64,000 bases of DNA, from the NCBI RefSeq assembly GCF_009914755.1, contig NC_060932.1, one strand, 5' to 3'. Of the stretch, positions 58,257 through 64,000 are shown piece after piece. Below the pieces are notes generated by a model, which had not been told where the DNA came from, searched no databases, and was given only the letters and a program-made list of their open reading frames with translations. Position 1 is the stretch's first letter. Each line of letters begins with the position of its first letter. Source of the DNA: the human T2T-CHM13v2.0 reference genome, Homo sapiens. The translations under genes and the position numbers were made by a program.

Positions 58257-59830
58257 GGACCCCAGTTTCTAATCCAACATGCAAGGAATTTAGAAGTTGC
58301 CACTCCATCTTACCAATAAAGAAAAAGCTGAACAACATAAAAAATCAACAACTCTTCTTAGATCCATGAAAGAAGTGAGGCCACAGGACAAACTGCTGCC
58401 ACCTAAACTGCAGAGACAGGCAGATGCAGAGAATCACAACATACCAGATCAGAAACCATGAGTAGAAACATTCATGGGTATCAGTGCTAGGGTAGAAAAA
58501 TCTCAGCTATAGCTGGAAAATTGCTAGAGACTCAGTGTAGACAAATATATGAGATTAAAAATTCCAAAAGGATTCTGTCCTTTGGGAGGGCCCCACACTT
58601 TTATGAATTTGGCCTCCAGGTGCTCCAACAGGTTCTCACAGTGAATGTGAAAGAAAATTCTGCTTCCAGTAGCAGAAAGGGGAAAAGCAACCATTTAGAA
58701 ATACTCCGGAACATTTTGTTCTACTTACTAAAAATTTCCCTGAGGAGAAACTATCTTATAAAATCTAACCTATGGGGGACTTATCAGAGCCTAACAGACC
58801 TGGAGGAAGTGAAACATCCAAATATAACTCCCTCTGGTTTTCTATATGGGCAGGAGGGAAATATCAAACTCTAAGCATCCTCTTCCACCTAAGGTGGAGG
58901 AAGAGTGAGAAGCACTGGTGAAGATCACAGTTCAGGGACACGGGCTTGCCAAAAAAATAAGACTTAATCACAGGATTATGGAACAGTTTCTCTCCCCCTA
59001 CACCTTGCCACTACATTATTAAAGACCTAACTATTGCAATTCTTTTTATGCAGTATATCATGTCCACTTTTAAATAGAATTGCAAGGCATACAAACACAA
59101 AATTTTAACAATAAGTTTGAAGTGACTGAACAAGAGTCAGAACCAGAGTCAGAAATAGCAGGAACTGTTGGAATTATCAAAACAGGAATTAAAAATAAAC
59201 AAATACAACAAAAAAACCAACAACAACTATAAAAATGTACTAAGAGCTTTAAATTAAAAGAAAAGCAGAAAATACATAAGAACTAGTGGATGATGTAAAC
59301 AGAGAAATAAAAAATCTAAGAAAACAATATGGAAATGTCAGAGATAAAAAACACTATAATAGATACGAATAATGTTTCTAATGGGCTCATGAGTAGATTG
59401 GGTATGGCTCAGGAAAGAATTCCAGAGCATGAGAATATGTCAAAATGTCAACATGTCAACCTGTCAAAATGTCAATAAAAACTTCTGAAACTTAAAAGCA
59501 AAGTTTAAAAAAAAAAACTGAAAGAAACAGAAGAGAATATCCAGTATCTGAGGGATGTATCCAATGTGGAATTACAAAAGATGTAACATGTAATAGTTTA
59601 GCAAAAGGAAAAGAAAGACAGAATAGAACAGAAACAATATTTGAAGTGATAAAGTCTGAAAAATTTCCCCAAATTAATGTTAGACATCAAACTACAGATC
59701 CAAGAAATTCAGAGATCACAAGCAGAATAACTCCCAAGCAAACAAACAAAAACCAAAATACACATAAGTATGTCATATTCAGATTTCAGAAAACCAAAGA
59801 TTAAAAAAAAGAAAGAATCCGGAGAGAAAA
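58257..59830 (+). mobile_element. Old L1 5'UTR plus ORF1 fragment (L1MCa-like)
   Basis: aaaagctgaacaa...aaaaatcaacaactcttcttagatcc...gaagtgaggccacaggacaaactgctgcc; ORF1-like tttccccaaattaatg...aaactacagatccaagaa. Confidence 0.75.
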
Positions 59831-60387
59831 AAGGAAAACAAATTAAAACAAGTTATAATTTCTTTATTTTATTTACTGAAAGGTGTAAACAAAGATGAAA
59901 AACTCAAAATGAGAAACTTAAATGTATAAAGATCTGGCAGTATATACTAAAAACAATTAGTTAAATAGAAAAAAACAATATTTTTTTAATAGCATTCTAA
60001 ATTGGATTTGAAAGGAATGACTTCATGAATAAAAGCGTTAGAAAAAGAGACAGATTTGGAGGTCAATTTATAGATTTAATCCACAAAAATAAGAAAAGAA
60101 AGAAATTAGTGTAAGTAATAACCTATTTTCCTTACTTGTATAAGGAGGATTTTAAATGATTGTGTCATTCTTTACTTAAAATTAGAGAAGATCCATTTAG
60201 AAAATATATTAATTACTTTATCCTGAACACATAAAAGTATGTTCAAGACAGAAACTTTTAAAATAGAGGAAAACTAGGGAGCCCTCTTTGTGTAGCCTTC
60301 TTTGTGTAGCCGCAGTTTGTCGGTCTCATAAAATAGAAGAAAACTCATAAAATAGAAGAAAACTAGAAAAAGACAAAACTCATTGGG

Positions 60388-62485
60388 AGGATAGTTTAAC
60401 TTCCTCTGTTTCTATTTGCATGTCCTTTATCTCTTTCTCTTGCCTGATTGCCCTGGCCAGAACTTTCCAACACTATGTTGAATAGGAGTGGTGAGAGAGG
60501 GCATCCTTTTCTTGTGCCAGTTTTCAGGGGGAATGCTTCCAGCTTTCGCCCATACAGTATGATGTTGGCTGTGGGTTTGTCATATATGACTCTTACTACT
60601 TTGAGATATGTTTCTTCAATACCTAGTTTATTGAGGGTTTTAGCAAAAAGGGATGTTGAATTTATCAGAAGACTTTTCTGCATCTATTGAGATAATAATG
60701 TGTTTTTTGTCTTTAATTCTGTTAATTCTGTTTATGTGATGAATCACATTTATTGATTTGCATACGTTGAACCAACCTTGCATCCCAGGGATGAAGCTCA
60801 CTTGATTGTGGTGGATAAGCTTTTTGATATGCTGCTAGATTTGGTTTATCATTGAAAAACATTCCATGCTCATGGATAGGAAGAATCGATATTAAAATGG
60901 CCAGACTACCCAAAGCAATTTATAGATTCGATGCTATTCCTATTAAACTACCAATGTCACTCTTCAAAGAACTAGAGAAAACTATTTTAAAATTCATATG
61001 GAACCAAAAGTAGCCTGAATAGCCAAGGCAATCTTAAGCAAAAAAGAACAAATCTGGAGGCATCATGCTACCTGACTTCAAACTATACTACAGGCTGCAG
61101 TAACAAAACAGCATGGTACTGGTACAAAAACAGACACATGGACCAATGGAACAGAATAGAGAACCCAGAAATAAGACCACACACCTACAATTATGTGAGC
61201 TTCAACAAGGCTTAAAAAACAAGCAATGGGAAAGGATTCCCTATCCAATAAATGGTGCTGGGATAAGGCTAGCCATATGCAGAAGATTAAAACTCGACCC
61301 TTTCTCTACACCATATACAAAAATTAACTCAAAATGGATTAAAGACTTAAAAGTAAAACCCAAAATTATAAAAAAAAAAACCCTGGAAGAAAACCTAGGC
61401 AATACCATTCACGACATAGGCACATGCAAAGATTTCATGGCAAAGATGCCAAAAGCAATTGCAACAAACACATTGACATATAGGATCTAATTAAACTAGA
61501 GGGTTTCTGCACAGCAAAAGAAAAGATCAACAGAGTAAACAGACAACCTACAGAATGGGATAAAATTTTTGCAAACTATGCATTCGACAAAGGTCTCATA
61601 TTCACCAACTATAAGGAACTCAAGGAAATTTACAAGAAAAACATTTAACTCCATAAAAAATTGGGCAATGGACATGAACAGACACTTTTCAAAAGAAGAT
61701 ATACATATGGCCAACAAGCATAAAAAATGCTCAACATCATTGATCATTAAAGAAATGCAAATCTAAGCCACAATTAGATACCATCTAACAGCAGACAGAA
61801 TAGTTATTAAAAAGTCAAAAAGTAACAGATGCTGACAAGGTTATGGAGAAAAGGGAATCCTTTACACTGTTGGTGGGAGTGTAAATTACTTTAGCCATCT
61901 TGGAAGACAGTGTGCCAATTTCTCAAAAACCTAAAGACAGAAACATCATTTGTCCCAGCAAACACTTTACTAAGTATATATCCAAATAAATATAAATTAT
62001 TCTATTTTAAAGACACATGCACACATATGTTTATTGTAGCACTATTCACAACAGCAAATACAATGGAATCAACATAAATGCCCATCAATGATAAACTGGA
62101 TAAAGAAAATGTGGTACATACCCACCATAAAATACTTTGCAGCCATAAAAAATGAGATTATGTCCTTTGCAGGGACATGATTGAAGCTGGAGGCCATTAT
62201 CCTCAGCAAACTAACAAAGGAACAGAAAACCAAATACTGCATGTTCTCATTTATAAATGGGAGCTAAATGATGAGAACATATGAACAGACAGAGGGGAAT
62301 AAAACACACTGAGGCCTTCCAGAAGGTGGAAGGAGGGAGAAGGTCAGAAAAAATAACTAAAAATAACTAATGGGTACTTTATACCTGGGTGAGGAAATAA
62401 TCTGAGCAACAAACTCCTGTGACGCAAGTTAACTTATGTAATGAACCTGCAGTTTATTCTTGATCTTAAAATGAAAGTTAAAAAA
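60388..62485 (+). mobile_element. 5'-truncated, 5'-inverted LINE-1 (L1PA13-like)
   Basis: 60388-60847 is antisense ORF2 ([27 protein letters not shown] on minus); ~60853-62485 is sense ORF2 plus a 3'UTR ending aaaataactaatgggtac...cttaaaatgaaagttaaaaaa. Confidence 0.92.
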
Positions 62486-64000
62486 GGAATATATATCTGT
62501 CTTAAATTAATGCTAATTGAAGTTATCAGGGATTCTCTCCATTATTCTTTGTTTTTATCTTTGGAGGACATCCAGAAGAGAATAGGAATGATGCTGACTT
62601 ACGCACTTCGTATGGGTAGTGGAACCAGTAATAACTGTTTGTTAATAATGATTTTAAGTGAGAAGAATCACTTTTAATATTTTGTTGGTGCTTACTTTCA
62701 CATATCAACCACATAGTATGCAACTACCTTGTGGTTCAGGCTTAAAAGAGTGCTGCATTCAAATAAACACAGTTTCAATCACCACCAACTTACTGAAACA
62801 TGTAAAAATATCCCCTGATGTCTCTCAGTTGAAAATATATAGCAATGGTTTGGTAATTTTATCCTTTCTTTCCTTGTCTGTCTGCTACCCAGTAACTGTC
62901 CCTGCAAATACCTCTCCTCTCACTCCTCAGCTCTGTCTACATTGAGTTTTGTAGTTTTCTCTTTCTTATTATATTTATAAATACTATTATTTGCTCCTTA
63001 TAATCTTTCTCCTTTCAAATAATAACTTTCGCCTCTCTGGCATCCCCTACCCTTTCTTACTTCATATTCCCTTGATTTTTCACCAGAAAAATCAGAAAAA
63101 GAAAAAACAATGATAAAATTATCCCTAATGGTGGAATGTGAGGGAGAAAAGACTTAAGAATATTTGTTTGTGATTTTTTTTTTACCCTTTGAACATTTTG
63201 AGTTTGTATATAATATTTTAGTAGGTTTGAGATTTTCCTCTATATGACAATGATATTTTCTTGGTGGCATCTTCTGGGTATATATTTCAACCTATTGTCC
63301 CTTTATTTTTCTCTATGACTCTAGGAGTTTTCTTCTTTCTCTCTTTTCTATATTTGCTCCCTTTGCCTCCAACTTTTACCTTCATTTCCAGTTTCATAAG
63401 TAATTCCTCACACATCTTTTGGTTTCTCACCCTTTCACCTCAAAGTGCAAAATTACTCTTACCTCCCCTCCCGGAAAATTACTTTCTCTTTCATCTCGTA
63501 CCTTTGGCATTCATTTCCTGTGGGGTTTCATCACAAACAGCAGCAGGTGATGTTAACTGTTTAAAAGCCGTGGAGGCAAAAAAAATCACAGACATCAGTT
63601 GCCATGGTCAAAATATATACAGTCACTTCGAGGGCACTAAATTTTCACAAACAGGTTTGCATTCGTTTTCTAACAGTAGTTTGTATTATATTAGTATATT
63701 AAAAGGTAACCTAAAAACAGATCAATTGTTTTCCTTAGTATTATTATCATAAATACTGGCAAGAATCAGTGTAGCCAGGGTGTAACTTTGACACAGACAA
63801 TTTTTGAATCAAGCAACATATTTTTAAGTACAATTCAAAAATTCCACTTGACAGACATCCCTTTTTAAAAACCCTTGCAGTCCTCAGAATCCTTTTAAAT
63901 GCTAAAGCAATGTCCTAACACTGATGTTTGAGTTTTTTATGGGCCATTAAGTTGAGTGCAAAGTCATAAATTATCTGTAAAAGTTACCCAAATTATAGCT

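Noticed and set aside
63261-63752. Longest ORF (163 aa, hydrophobic)
   Set aside because: TTG start and F/L/S/P bias from a pyrimidine-rich tract; no recognisable homology.

Overview
AT-rich, CpG-poor primate genomic DNA, probably human (AluY, AluS, THE1, MSTA and L1PA elements are present). It looks intronic or intergenic. I found no intact protein-coding gene, RNA gene or CRISPR array: the ORF track is decayed LINE-1 fragments, microsatellite read-throughs and chance ORFs. The left ~42 kb is unique sequence with scattered old repeats (L2, MIR, MLT1, LTR16C, MER34, MER5A, Tigger3b) and an internally deleted two-LTR MSTA provirus. The right ~21 kb is almost continuous L1: two near-full-length L1s head-to-head, a nested L1>Ricksha and L1>THE1>AluY stack, an old L1MC 5' end and a 5'-inverted L1PA. 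The most notable non-catalogue signals are a candidate minus-strand terminal exon at ~13.5-14.2 kb (gene not recognised), a multi-hairpin templated insertion at 41.2-41.4 kb and a MULE transposase relic. I see no convincing new biological system. Repeat family names come from my recall of consensus sequences, not from a search. Boundaries of old repeats are approximate, and strand is relative to the usual consensus orientation.
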